Shown: positions 52,095 through 60,832 of the stretch, piece by piece
Numbering within the stretch: position 1 is the first letter of the stretch
Layout of the letters: each line of letters starts with the position of its first letter
Source of the DNA: Longimicrobiales bacterium
GTDB lineage: Bacteria; Gemmatimonadota; Gemmatimonadetes; Longimicrobiales; Gaopeijiaceae
Length of the DNA stretch: 64,000 bases
NCBI GenBank assembly: GCA_965202805.1
Contig: OZ241869.1
Coordinates: forward strand, 928,001 to 992,000
Direction: 5' to 3'
The notes under the pieces: generated by a model
What the model saw: the letters and a program-made list of their open reading frames with translations, nothing else
Database searches by the model: none
What the model was told of the DNA's origin: nothing
Position numbers and translations under genes: made by a program

Positions 52095-52741
52095 TCCCGG
52101 AAAAACTCCGGTGTCCAGGGCAGCGACAGACCGACCTCGAACGCCGTGCCGGAAGGACCGGCGACCGGTTCCACCGTCAGGGGCGCGGGAAAATCGGCCA
52201 GGTGGGCCGAGACGAAGCCGTCGGCTCCCCCGAAGAAGGTGAAGAAGACAAGCAGTGCGACCCAGTCCTCCAGCTGCTCGTCGCGGGCGGTCGCCAGCAG
52301 GCGAATGTCCTCGATGCGCTCGTCGGCCGCCAACTCCGCCTCGATGGCCTCCGGGTCGACGCCGCCGCGCAGAAGCTCGGCAGTCTTCGCATCCTCGAGC
52401 ATCCGCTGCTGCCGTCGCGCGGTGCCGCGTAGCGAGTGGGTCTTGTAGGCCATCCACACGTTGCCCGCCTGGGCGAGGAAGTAGAAAGCCGCGCGGCCGT
52501 ACGAGCCTGAGGACGCCTGTCCCCAGCCGGGGACGAGGACGCTGCGCAGGAAGGCGCCGCCGGGGGATGGGCGGCCCGTGGATGCCGACGCTTCAACCGA
52601 ATCCGCCGCTCCGGGCACGGCGTTCGCCGGCGCTTCCTGGGCGCCTGCGTCTCCGGGCATGACCAGGGCGGCCATCGCCACTGCGGTAGCCGCAAGCACC
52701 CGCGCCGCGGGAGCAGAGCGCTGACGGGACGGAGGGTGCAT
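52091..52741 (-). CDS. DUF5683-like envelope protein (start uncertain)
   Basis: Signal peptide, SPGGAFLRSVLVPGWGQ and ADGFVSAHL motifs. Confidence 0.7.
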   Translation of the reverse strand: MHPPSRQRSAPAARVLAATAVAMAALVMPGDAGAQEAPANAVPGAADSVEASASTGRPSPGGAFLRSVLVPGWGQASSGSYGRAAFYFLAQAGNVWMAYKTHSLRGTARRQQRMLEDAKTAELLRGGVDPEAIEAELAADERIEDIRLLATARDEQLEDWVALLVFFTFFGGADGFVSAHLADFPAPLTVEPVAGPSGTAFEVGLSLPWTPEFFRD

Positions 52742-53084
52742 CACCGGGAGTCGTGGGCGGGCGCGCCGACCATGCGGTTCCGACATCCGGAAGCACATCC
52801 GTAAATCCATCAATTATAAAATCCTATGCGGCACCGTACCGTCTTTGCGGAGAGGCCCGCCAGCCAGCGTGCAAACGAGCCTGAGCCTGCAGGCGAACGC
52901 GGCTGATACCCGGCAGCTATCGAGACGTTCTGCATTCCCGCGGGCTGCCGGAGCCCAGGCTGATTGCTCGAGCCCGGATTCTCGGTCCGGGGCACGGACA
53001 GCTTCGCTTCATCGTCTCGGGGCGCCCCCCATCCCGCCACCGTCCCCGCGAACGTCGACGAGGGGCCGCCGTGCCGCCCATCAC

Positions 53085-53100
53085 AGGCTCGGGAATTGCA
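53085..53100 (+). promoter_or_regulatory. Candidate sigma54 promoter upstream of tonB
   Basis: AGGCTCGGGAATTGCA gives GG-N10-GC with TTGCA at -12. The -24 element is imperfect. Confidence 0.35.
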
Positions 53101-53179
53101 TGCAACTCGATAACGGACGACGCTGATGCCGTTGCGTCGTCCTCGCGACCTATTCGGAACGCCGCACGGAGGAAAGACC

Positions 53180-53860
53180 ATGACCGACCGCGACCACCAC
53201 GACCAGGCCTCGTCTCGGGCAGCCGCCAACGACCGCTTCAAGAGGTCGTTCAACACGTGGCTCTGGGGTTCCCTCCTCACCGCAACCGCGCTGCACTTCG
53301 CCATGTTCATGTTCTGGCCCGACATGACCGCAGCGACTGTCCCCGCCGAGCCGGACCTGATCCATGTGGTGGATATCCCCGACGCAATCCCGCTTCCGCC
53401 TGAGCCCGAGCCGATCAGCCGGCCGGCGGTCCCCGTGATCACCATCGATATCAGCGAGGAGATCACCATCTCGCCGACCACGTTTCGGGACAACCCGGTC
53501 GAGACGCTCCCCGACCCGCGCGAAGGCGAAGCGCGCACCCGCCTCATCGACCAGCCCGGGTTTACGCCGATGACCGTACCTCCGCGCCTCACCAACGAGC
53601 GTGAGGTGCGGCGCGCGCTCGAGCGGGAGTATCCCTCGATCCTGCGCGACGCGGGAATCGGCGGGAGGGTGTTTGTGCACTTCTTCATCGACGAGGAAGG
53701 GATCGTGCGTAAGACGCTGGTGGCGGCGACATCCGGACACGCGTCGCTCGACGAGGCCGCTCTGAGGGTTGCGAGCGTGGCCAGATTCACGCCGGCGCTC
53801 AACCTGGACAGGCTGGTGCCGGTGTGGATCCAGCTTCCGATTACCTTCGAGGTACGGTAG
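53180..53860 (+). CDS. TonB-family energy transducer
   Basis: N-terminal TM helix with His, Pro-rich linker, TonB_C (YP..LR.AGIGG.V, SG..SLDEAA, PITF). GGAGG SD. Confidence 0.9.
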   Translation: MTDRDHHDQASSRAAANDRFKRSFNTWLWGSLLTATALHFAMFMFWPDMTAATVPAEPDLIHVVDIPDAIPLPPEPEPISRPAVPVITIDISEEITISPTTFRDNPVETLPDPREGEARTRLIDQPGFTPMTVPPRLTNEREVRRALEREYPSILRDAGIGGRVFVHFFIDEEGIVRKTLVAATSGHASLDEAALRVASVARFTPALNLDRLVPVWIQLPITFEVR

Positions 53861-53912
53861 AGGACGCCCCCCCGCCGCCTTCCAGGGCGGCGCATCCCGA
53901 TGCATCGATTCA

Positions 53913-54467
53913 ATGGCTGAACCAGTCACGCTGAGATCCGATCGCCTGTTGCTGCGCCCGTTCGAGCTCACGGACGCAGACGACGTTTACGCCTACGCGC
54001 GGGACCCCGAGTGGGGTCGGCATCTGCCTCTCCCAAGCCCCTATGAGCACAGGCACGCCGTCGAGTTCGTGGCGCGTTCCGTGCTCACCTCGTGGGACGC
54101 GAATCCCGCCTTCGCCATCTGCCTGGACGGCAGGTGCGTCGGGGGAATCAACATCAGGGTCGACGCGTCCAGGGGGACCGCCGAGATCGGGTACAGCATC
54201 GCCCGCGAACACTGGGGCCGCGGACTCGTTTCCGAAGCGGCGAGGGCGGTCATGGACTGGGCCTTCAAGGCGTTTGATCTCGCGAAGATCACCGCGATGG
54301 CGGACCTGGTGAACAGCCGCTCCTGGAGGGTGATGGAGAAACTGGGGATGAGGCGGGACGGCGTGCTGAGAAGTGAGCGCCCGAGCGACGCGGATCCGGG
54401 GATCCGGCAGGACATGGTCGTCTATTCGGTCCTGCGCGAGGAGTGGCGGGAGCGTGCCGCGGGGTAG
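53913..54467 (+). CDS. GNAT N-acetyltransferase, RimJ/RimL family
   Basis: RLLLRPF, AEIGY, WGRG, NSRSWRVMEKLGM and YSVLREEW motifs. Confidence 0.92.
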   Translation: MAEPVTLRSDRLLLRPFELTDADDVYAYARDPEWGRHLPLPSPYEHRHAVEFVARSVLTSWDANPAFAICLDGRCVGGINIRVDASRGTAEIGYSIAREHWGRGLVSEAARAVMDWAFKAFDLAKITAMADLVNSRSWRVMEKLGMRRDGVLRSERPSDADPGIRQDMVVYSVLREEWRERAAG

Positions 54468-54500
54468 TCTGCCGGGCATCTGACGGGCATCTGACGGGCT
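54468..54500. repeat. 11-bp tandem repeat x3 between convergent genes
   Basis: tctgccgggca / tctgacgggca / tctgacgggct. Confidence 0.8.
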
Positions 54501-54512
54501 CCCGGACCTCCG

Positions 54513-56417
54513 CTACGGCCAGAGGTCCACGTCGCCCTTCAGGTGGCGATCCAGGAAGGCCAGCATCCCAGGCATCCACTCGAGCCGGGCGGCCCGGCCG
54601 GCGACATCCTGGTATCGCTCGTAGGTGACCGGCTTGTAGTAGCGGGCGGCCTCGGTGGCGAACGCCCGCATCTGCACGTCGCTCTCCCCGGCGATGATCA
54701 GCATCGGCACGCCGACATCCTGCGCGAACAGGGTTGGGGAGGCCCGCCGGAAGGTCTCGCGGTTCTCGGCGAGCAGGCCGAGCTCGTACTGGTACATGTT
54801 GATGTTGGCCAGAGGCGACTCGCGCTCCACCAGCTGAATGCGGTTGGCGTATCCCTCGCGCAGGGGAACCGCGGCCCGGAACGCGTCCGGGGCGAAGGTG
54901 CCGGCCGCGAAGCTCAGGTAGGCCCCGTAGCTCACGCCCGTCACCGCGATGCGGTCTCCGTTGATGTCCGGCAAGGTGCCGAGGTAGCGCGCGCCCGCAA
55001 CGACGTCATCCAGGTCACAGCGCGCCCAGCAGCCGTTGTTGGCCTCCTCGTGTTCCCGGCCGAAGCCCGAGCTGCCACGGATGTTGGGCGCCAGCACCGC
55101 GAATCCGTGCTTGATGAAGTACTGGGCGTCGGAGTGTCGCCTCCACCCGTCCTCGAACTGCGACGAGGGGCCCCCGTGGACCCACACGATTGCGGGATGT
55201 CCCCCGGGCGGGGGCGGCCCGGCCGGCCGGAAGAGGTAGGAGTGGATGGTGAGCCCGTCGTTCTCGTAGCTCACCCTCTCGGGCATGAAGAACGCGTCGG
55301 CGAGCGAAGGATCCGGCAGCGACCGGGTCAGGCGCGTCGTATCCCCGGCAGCCGCATCCATGACGAAGAGGTCCGGGACGTGCGCCGGAGTGTCGAAGGT
55401 GAAGGCGATCCGGCTCCCGTCGGGAGACCACGCGGGGTTCGCGACCAGCCCCATCTCGGGCGCGAAGAGCGTCCGGACGGTGCCGTCGTCAACCGACGCA
55501 ACCCGGAGAACCTGACGCCCCTGCAGGTTGGAGGTGTAGGCCACCATCGCGGCGTCGGGGGACCAGCGGGCATAGCCCCGGAAGGGCTTCTGGGAGCTCT
55601 GATCGGCTGCTTCGGGCGCAAGCGGACGGGGCTCTCCCCCTTCCATCGGCGCGAGCCACCAGTTGATCCAGCCGCTGCGGTAGGAGCGGAAGAGCACCAG
55701 GTCCCCTCTCGGCGAGACCTGGCCCGGCCCGAACTCCTGCCCGGTGCGATAGTCCATCCAGTCCCGGTCGCTCACGATGAGGCGCTCGCCGGCGCCGGTC
55801 TGGGCGTCGATGGCGATGACGTCGCGGTGAACCCACCACTGGTCCATGCGCACGAACACCACCCTGGAACCGTCCGGCGTCCAGGTGGGCTGCACGTCGT
55901 AGCGGGCGTCGGTGGTGAGCCGCGTCACCTGGCCCCCGGGCACCGAGACCGTGTAGATGTCGTAGTTGCCGCGCAGCGAGTTGGAGAAGGCGATCGACTG
56001 CCCGTCAGGGGACCAGCTCCAGGCGAGCGTGCGGGCACCGAGGTCGGTCAGCTGGAACGCTCGCTGCTCGGGGACGGACCAGAGCCAGACTTCCTGCCCG
56101 TCGCCCGACGCGCTCGACACGTAGCCGATCCACTCCCCGTCCGGCGAGTACGCCGGGCTGGTCACGCCTTGGGCGGGGATCGCCCGGGGATCGCCTCCGT
56201 CGGCGTCGACGGTCCACAGCGTGTCCCGCCCGAGGAAGAGGATCGTCGAGCCGTCCGGGGACCAGTCGGGCACGGCTCCGTCCACGAGGGAACTCGTCGA
56301 GACGAACTCCTCGAGGGTGAAGTCGCCCGGGGTGCGGCTGGACGCCGTCGTGCCGCCGGTTTCCGCGCAGGCCGCGCCGGCGAGAGGAACGAGGATTGCC
56401 CACAGCGCTCGCTTCAT
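54513..56417 (-). CDS. S9-family peptidase-like lipoprotein with a PD40/TolB propeller
   Basis: Lipobox-like AGAAC, repeated WSPDG, VHGGP, NIRGSSGFG and GVSYG. Catalytic His not evident. Confidence 0.88.
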   Translation of the reverse strand: MKRALWAILVPLAGAACAETGGTTASSRTPGDFTLEEFVSTSSLVDGAVPDWSPDGSTILFLGRDTLWTVDADGGDPRAIPAQGVTSPAYSPDGEWIGYVSSASGDGQEVWLWSVPEQRAFQLTDLGARTLAWSWSPDGQSIAFSNSLRGNYDIYTVSVPGGQVTRLTTDARYDVQPTWTPDGSRVVFVRMDQWWVHRDVIAIDAQTGAGERLIVSDRDWMDYRTGQEFGPGQVSPRGDLVLFRSYRSGWINWWLAPMEGGEPRPLAPEAADQSSQKPFRGYARWSPDAAMVAYTSNLQGRQVLRVASVDDGTVRTLFAPEMGLVANPAWSPDGSRIAFTFDTPAHVPDLFVMDAAAGDTTRLTRSLPDPSLADAFFMPERVSYENDGLTIHSYLFRPAGPPPPGGHPAIVWVHGGPSSQFEDGWRRHSDAQYFIKHGFAVLAPNIRGSSGFGREHEEANNGCWARCDLDDVVAGARYLGTLPDINGDRIAVTGVSYGAYLSFAAGTFAPDAFRAAVPLREGYANRIQLVERESPLANINMYQYELGLLAENRETFRRASPTLFAQDVGVPMLIIAGESDVQMRAFATEAARYYKPVTYERYQDVAGRAARLEWMPGMLAFLDRHLKGDVDLWP

Positions 56418-56537
56418 CGGAGCCTCCCGACCGAGCACGTCGGTCCTGCAGGAAGTCGGGTGTCGAGGGGGACCTTCAACGTGGACCGGTGCGGACCTGC
56501 GGAACAAGGGGCGTCCGCGCCGCGCGCAGGTCCGGAT

Positions 56538-57965
56538 CTACCCGTGCAGCGCCTCGATGCGCTCGACCATCGCTCTGGATTCCTGCGGCCCGAAGAGTCC
56601 CCCGAGGATCATCGCCGCGGCGCTGGCGAAGAGGGCGACCACCACCGGCGCCAGGCCGATGTCGATGAGGCCGGACTGCACCAGGATGTAGACGCCCGCG
56701 CCCGACACGACCGCCCCGACCCCTCCCGCCAGGTTGGCCCTCTTCCACCACAGACCGGCGATGGTGGGCACGAACAGGCTGGCGCTCAGGACTCCCACCC
56801 CCGCCGTGTAGAACTCCGTGATCAGCTCGGGCGGCGAGAACGCCCACAGGAGCGCCGCGATCCCGATCACCCAGGTCGAGCCGATGCGTACGAGGTTCAT
56901 CGTCCGCTCGCTGGCCCGGCCCCGCAGCAGGCCGCCGAGAAGATCGTGCGAGATGGCCGAGCTGCACGCCAGCAGGAGCGCATCCGTGGTGGACATGACC
57001 GCGGCGAGCACCGCGGCGACCGCGATCCCGCGGATGAGCGGCGGGAACTGGGTCTCCATCACACGCAGGAAGAGCTGGTCGGCATCCTGCAGTCCCGGAA
57101 AGTCGATCCTTCCGACCGGCACGATCGCGAGCACCGCCGCGAGGATCATCACGCTGTACGCCAGCATCGACAGGTTCAGCGAAAGCCGCGCGCTCCGGGC
57201 GTCCCTGGCCGTGAAGACCCGCATGACGATGTGGGGGATCACCGGGATGGCCGTGGCCCAGATGATGAAGTAGCCGAGGTAGCTGGACACCGGCCGGTTC
57301 GCGACCTGCCCCAGTTCCGGGGCCACGGCCGTGGCCTGGCTCATGATCTCGAAGGGCGATCCCACGCGCCAGACGATCACGAGCGCCGTGCCCATGATCA
57401 CGAAGAGCATGAGGAACCCCTGGATCACATCCGTCCAGGTGATGGCCACCATGCCCCCGAAGGAGACGTAGATGATGAACACCAGCGTGGCCAGCGCCAG
57501 CGCCGTGTTGTACGGGATGCCCAGCAGCGCCTCGGCGGTGATGCCCGCCGCCTTCAGCTGCGCCACGATGTAGATGGTGAAGGCCGCGACGATGAGGATC
57601 GGGACCAGATACCGGACCAGCGCGTGCGGGTACCGGAAGCTCATGAAGTCGGTGATCGTGAACTTGCCGAAGTTGCGCAGCGGCCTGGCAACAAGGACGG
57701 ACGCCAGCGGAAACCCGACCACCGCGCCCCCGAAGAGCGCGAGCGTCGCGGGGATGCCCTGGGCGTAGGCGAGGCCCATCACGCCGATGATCGATCCGCC
57801 GCTGGCCAGCGCCGCCATGATCGCCATCGAGTTGACGACGGTGCCGATGCGCCGTCCCGCGACCCAGTACTCGTCCCGGGAGCCCATCACCCTCTTCGAC
57901 ACCGCGATCCCGATCCCGATGCAGGCGGCGAGGTAGACCCCGACGAGTACGCGTTCGAGGAGCAT
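56538..57965 (-). CDS. Sodium:solute symporter (ActP/MctP-like)
   Basis: YWVAGR, PLRNFGKFTITDF..RY, WTDVIQG and AAVMSTTD motifs; about 13 TM helices. Confidence 0.9.
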   Translation of the reverse strand: MLLERVLVGVYLAACIGIGIAVSKRVMGSRDEYWVAGRRIGTVVNSMAIMAALASGGSIIGVMGLAYAQGIPATLALFGGAVVGFPLASVLVARPLRNFGKFTITDFMSFRYPHALVRYLVPILIVAAFTIYIVAQLKAAGITAEALLGIPYNTALALATLVFIIYVSFGGMVAITWTDVIQGFLMLFVIMGTALVIVWRVGSPFEIMSQATAVAPELGQVANRPVSSYLGYFIIWATAIPVIPHIVMRVFTARDARSARLSLNLSMLAYSVMILAAVLAIVPVGRIDFPGLQDADQLFLRVMETQFPPLIRGIAVAAVLAAVMSTTDALLLACSSAISHDLLGGLLRGRASERTMNLVRIGSTWVIGIAALLWAFSPPELITEFYTAGVGVLSASLFVPTIAGLWWKRANLAGGVGAVVSGAGVYILVQSGLIDIGLAPVVVALFASAAAMILGGLFGPQESRAMVERIEALHG

Positions 57966-58234
57966 CAGCCGTCTCCTCCGTCCCCTGCCGAGCCTCTTCC
58001 GGATTCATCGCCACTCGCTCCGGCCCCGGCGCCTCCGGTCCGGTCACGCCCCAGGATCGTGACGAGAGCCAGCGCCGGCGAGATCAGCATCAGCGCGGCG
58101 ATGAGCCAGCCGAATACGGCCATGCCCCCCACCTCGATGGTGCGCCACTCGGGGATGAACGCGAACGCGGCGAACGCGATGAGGAAGACGAGGGTCGCGC
58201 CCTCGCCGCGCCTCAGCGGAAAGAAGGATTTCAT
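57965..58234 (-). CDS. Small 2-TM partner of the symporter
   Basis: Two hydrophobic helices and a Gly-rich tail. TGATG overlap with the symporter start. Confidence 0.65.
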   Translation of the reverse strand: MKSFFPLRRGEGATLVFLIAFAAFAFIPEWRTIEVGGMAVFGWLIAALMLISPALALVTILGRDRTGGAGAGASGDESGRGSAGDGGDG

Positions 58235-58329
58235 GGACGGTAGGGTGCGCGCCGCGGGCGGTTGGCGCAACCGGGGATGCGGTTGAAGTGCCGCCTGGCG
58301 GAGACGGTGCGGCTCCCGCGCTTGCGGGC

Positions 58330-59265
58330 CTACCCGTCGTTCCGCTCGCAGACGATGCCGTCGCCGTCGGCGTCCCGCATGAACGGGTAGGCCGGGTGGC
58401 CGCGGCGAACCGGGGCGATGCCGTGGCGCCGCGCTTCAGCGCACGTAATCACCCCGTTTCCGTTGTCGTCCCACAGCCGCAGGGCGTCAGGCAGCCCCGT
58501 CCGTGATGCGGGAGCCTGCGGTGCACCCGCCGGTTCACCGGCCCGCTCGCACACGACGCCGTCCCCATCCCCGTCCCGCATGAACGGATAGGCCGGATGG
58601 TCGCGCGGCACCGGGGCGATTCCGTGACGGCGCGCCTCCGCGCAGGTGATGGTCCCGCTCCCGTTGTCGTCCCACAGCCGCAAGGCCTCAGCCGAGGCCA
58701 CGCTCCCTTGCGCCGCATCGGCCCAATCGCCGCCGCCGACGTCCAGCTCGGTGGTCGCGCAGCCGGACAGAACCGTTTCCAGAGTCTCCGCCTCCCGCGC
58801 GTCGATGGTAAGGCCCCAGCGCTGCCGGACGGCCACCACACGTGCGGCGAACCAGCACCGGTTTCGCTGGGGCATCCATTCGGCGGCATCGCTCGCGCCC
58901 TTGAACCCCCGGTTCAATCCCGGGCTTGCGAGCGTGAGGTTGAGCAGGTCCCGGGCGAAGGCGCGCCGGGTCTCGGGGTCGGCCGCGCAGAGCCCCGAGT
59001 CGTGGGCCTCGCTGCGCGCGACCATGTGCTCGATGTCCGTCTCCCCGGTAGACGCAAAGCGCTGGCCGGTGTACGGGGAGTAGATGCCACCGAGGTCGCG
59101 AACGATCGAGGCCTCGACGGATTGCGGGTAGCTGTAGTCGCCGGCCCGATAGGGGGAGCACCTGCGCTCAGGGGCTACTACCAGCCCCCTCCACGTCTGG
59201 CCGGAGGCATCGGTCGCCGCCGACGCGGCAACCAGGAGCAACAGCAGGGGGAGCGTCCGCGACAT
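58330..59265 (-). CDS. Secreted DUF1524/HNH-type nuclease with two EF-hand-like/Excalibur repeats
   Basis: Signal peptide, DIEHMVARSEAHDSG, NLTLAS..LNR..KGASDAAEWMP..NRC, and two 47-aa repeats ending DxDGDGxVCE. Confidence 0.85.
   Translation of the reverse strand: MSRTLPLLLLLVAASAATDASGQTWRGLVVAPERRCSPYRAGDYSYPQSVEASIVRDLGGIYSPYTGQRFASTGETDIEHMVARSEAHDSGLCAADPETRRAFARDLLNLTLASPGLNRGFKGASDAAEWMPQRNRCWFAARVVAVRQRWGLTIDAREAETLETVLSGCATTELDVGGGDWADAAQGSVASAEALRLWDDNGSGTITCAEARRHGIAPVPRDHPAYPFMRDGDGDGVVCERAGEPAGAPQAPASRTGLPDALRLWDDNGNGVITCAEARRHGIAPVRRGHPAYPFMRDADGDGIVCERNDG
58345..58686 (-). repeat. Two 141-bp intragenic domain repeats
   Basis: 58546-58686 and 58345-58485 both encode ALRLWDDNGxGxITCAEARRHGIAPV..HPAYPFMRDxDGDGxVCE. 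Confidence 0.9.
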
Positions 59266-59330
59266 CTGCGCCCAATAGCCCGTGTGTTTCATGGCCTTCG
59301 GCGAAGGCCGGCAACCTTGAGTATCCGGAG

Positions 59331-59427
59331 TGGCGGGAGCGTGTGAGAATCGAACTCACCAGCCCGGGTTCAAGCCGGGCCAGACGGTTTTGAAGACCGC
59401 TGGGGTCACCAGACCCCACCCGCCCCC
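59331..59427 (-). tRNA. selC: tRNA-Sec(TCA)
   Basis: 97 nt; anticodon loop CTTCAAA, 6-bp D stem with 4-nt loop, long variable arm, extended acceptor stem and GCCA end. Confidence 0.93.
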
Positions 59428-59701
59428 CTGCAACTCCGGCGCGCACAGTATCGGAGAAGTTAACCCGGCTACCGCCGCGCTGACAGGCTGCGACACGGGT
59501 GCCGCTCGCGGACCTTTCCATATCGCGCCCAGCCACGGGGATCGACGCCAACCCTGACGATACGTAAGGGTTGTGCTCGCCACGCCAAGCACCCGGAGAT
59601 CCCCACTGGCGCCACTCCCACCGCGGATCAAGGGACCCGGCGCCCCGCCCCGATGGCCGACCGGGTAGCAAATCACCGTGTGCCGGGGGTAGTTTCCCGT
59701 C

Positions 59702-60793
59702 ATGCCTGACGACATCACCCCCACCGGATCATCCGCCTTCGCCCGCAGGGGACGGCGCCCGCCCGCCACCTCCGAATCCCATGACGGGCATCCGTCCGCG
59801 CGCGACGCCCCGGTGCGGCCGGACCGGACGGTGCGCTCCGACCACGAGCCCTGGAACCCGGGAACACCCCTCGAGCTGGACTGGCTGCGCCACGTTCGCG
59901 TGAACCGGAGCGCCGCGGAGCGCCGGGCCGCTTCCCTTCCCGGCCGCCGGAGCGTCAAACGCCAGTGGCAGGCGGCCTGGCTGCTGCGCGCGGTCACCTG
60001 CATCGACCTCACCACGCTCGCGGGTGACGACACGCCCGGGCGCGTGGGCCGGCTGTGCGGCAAGGCCCGCAACCCCGTGCGCGCCGACCTGCTGGAGGCG
60101 GCGGGCGCTTCCGGGCTGCCCATCCGGGTCGCGTCCGTGTGCGTCTACCCCAGCATGGTCGCCGCCGCGGTCGAGGCGCTGGCCGGGTCCGGAATACCGG
60201 TCGCGGCAGTAGCCGCGGGCTTCCCCGCCGGCCTGACGCCCTTCGCCGAGCGACTCGACGAGATCCGGGCGGCCGTGGCGGCAGGCGCCGCCGAGATCGA
60301 CATCGTCATCACCCGGGAGCACGTCCTGCGCGGCCGCTGGGGCGACCTCTACGACGAGGTCGGCGCCTTCCGCGAGGCCGCCCGGGGGGCGCACCTGAAG
60401 ACCATCATCGCCACCGGCGAACTCGCAACCCTCACCAACGTGGCGCGCGCGAGCCTGGTCTGCATGATGGCCGGGACGGACTTCATCAAGACCTCCACGG
60501 GCAAGGAGAGCGTGAACGCCACCCTGCCCGTCGGGCTCACGATGGTGCGTCAGATCCGCGCCTGGCGCGAGCGAACCGGCTATCGCGTCGGCTTCAAGCC
60601 CGCGGGGGGAATCGGCAAAGCGAAGCAGGCGCTGCAGTGGATGGTGCTGATGCGCGAGGAACTGGGCCCCCGCTGGATGCAGGCCGGGCTCTTCCGCTTC
60701 GGCGCCAGTTCCCTGCTGGGCGACATCGAACGCCAGATCGAGCACTACGTCACGGGCCGCTATTCCGCCACCCATCGACATCCCATGGCCTAG
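59702..60793 (+). CDS. deoC: Deoxyribose-phosphate aldolase
   Basis: IDLTTL, VCVYP, EIDIVI, HLKTII, DFIKTSTGK, KPAGGI and RFGASSLL motifs. Start is uncertain. Confidence 0.93.
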   Translation: MPDDITPTGSSAFARRGRRPPATSESHDGHPSARDAPVRPDRTVRSDHEPWNPGTPLELDWLRHVRVNRSAAERRAASLPGRRSVKRQWQAAWLLRAVTCIDLTTLAGDDTPGRVGRLCGKARNPVRADLLEAAGASGLPIRVASVCVYPSMVAAAVEALAGSGIPVAAVAAGFPAGLTPFAERLDEIRAAVAAGAAEIDIVITREHVLRGRWGDLYDEVGAFREAARGAHLKTIIATGELATLTNVARASLVCMMAGTDFIKTSTGKESVNATLPVGLTMVRQIRAWRERTGYRVGFKPAGGIGKAKQALQWMVLMREELGPRWMQAGLFRFGASSLLGDIERQIEHYVTGRYSATHRHPMA

Positions 60794-60832
60794 CGGCCCG
60801 TGGACGAACTCCCCCTGAGCAAGCCCCGCGCG

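Noticed and set aside
58330..59265. DUF1524 protein as a GmrSD-type restriction/defence system
   Set aside because: No DUF262/ParB-like domain or partner, and a signal peptide plus Excalibur repeats indicate an exported protein.
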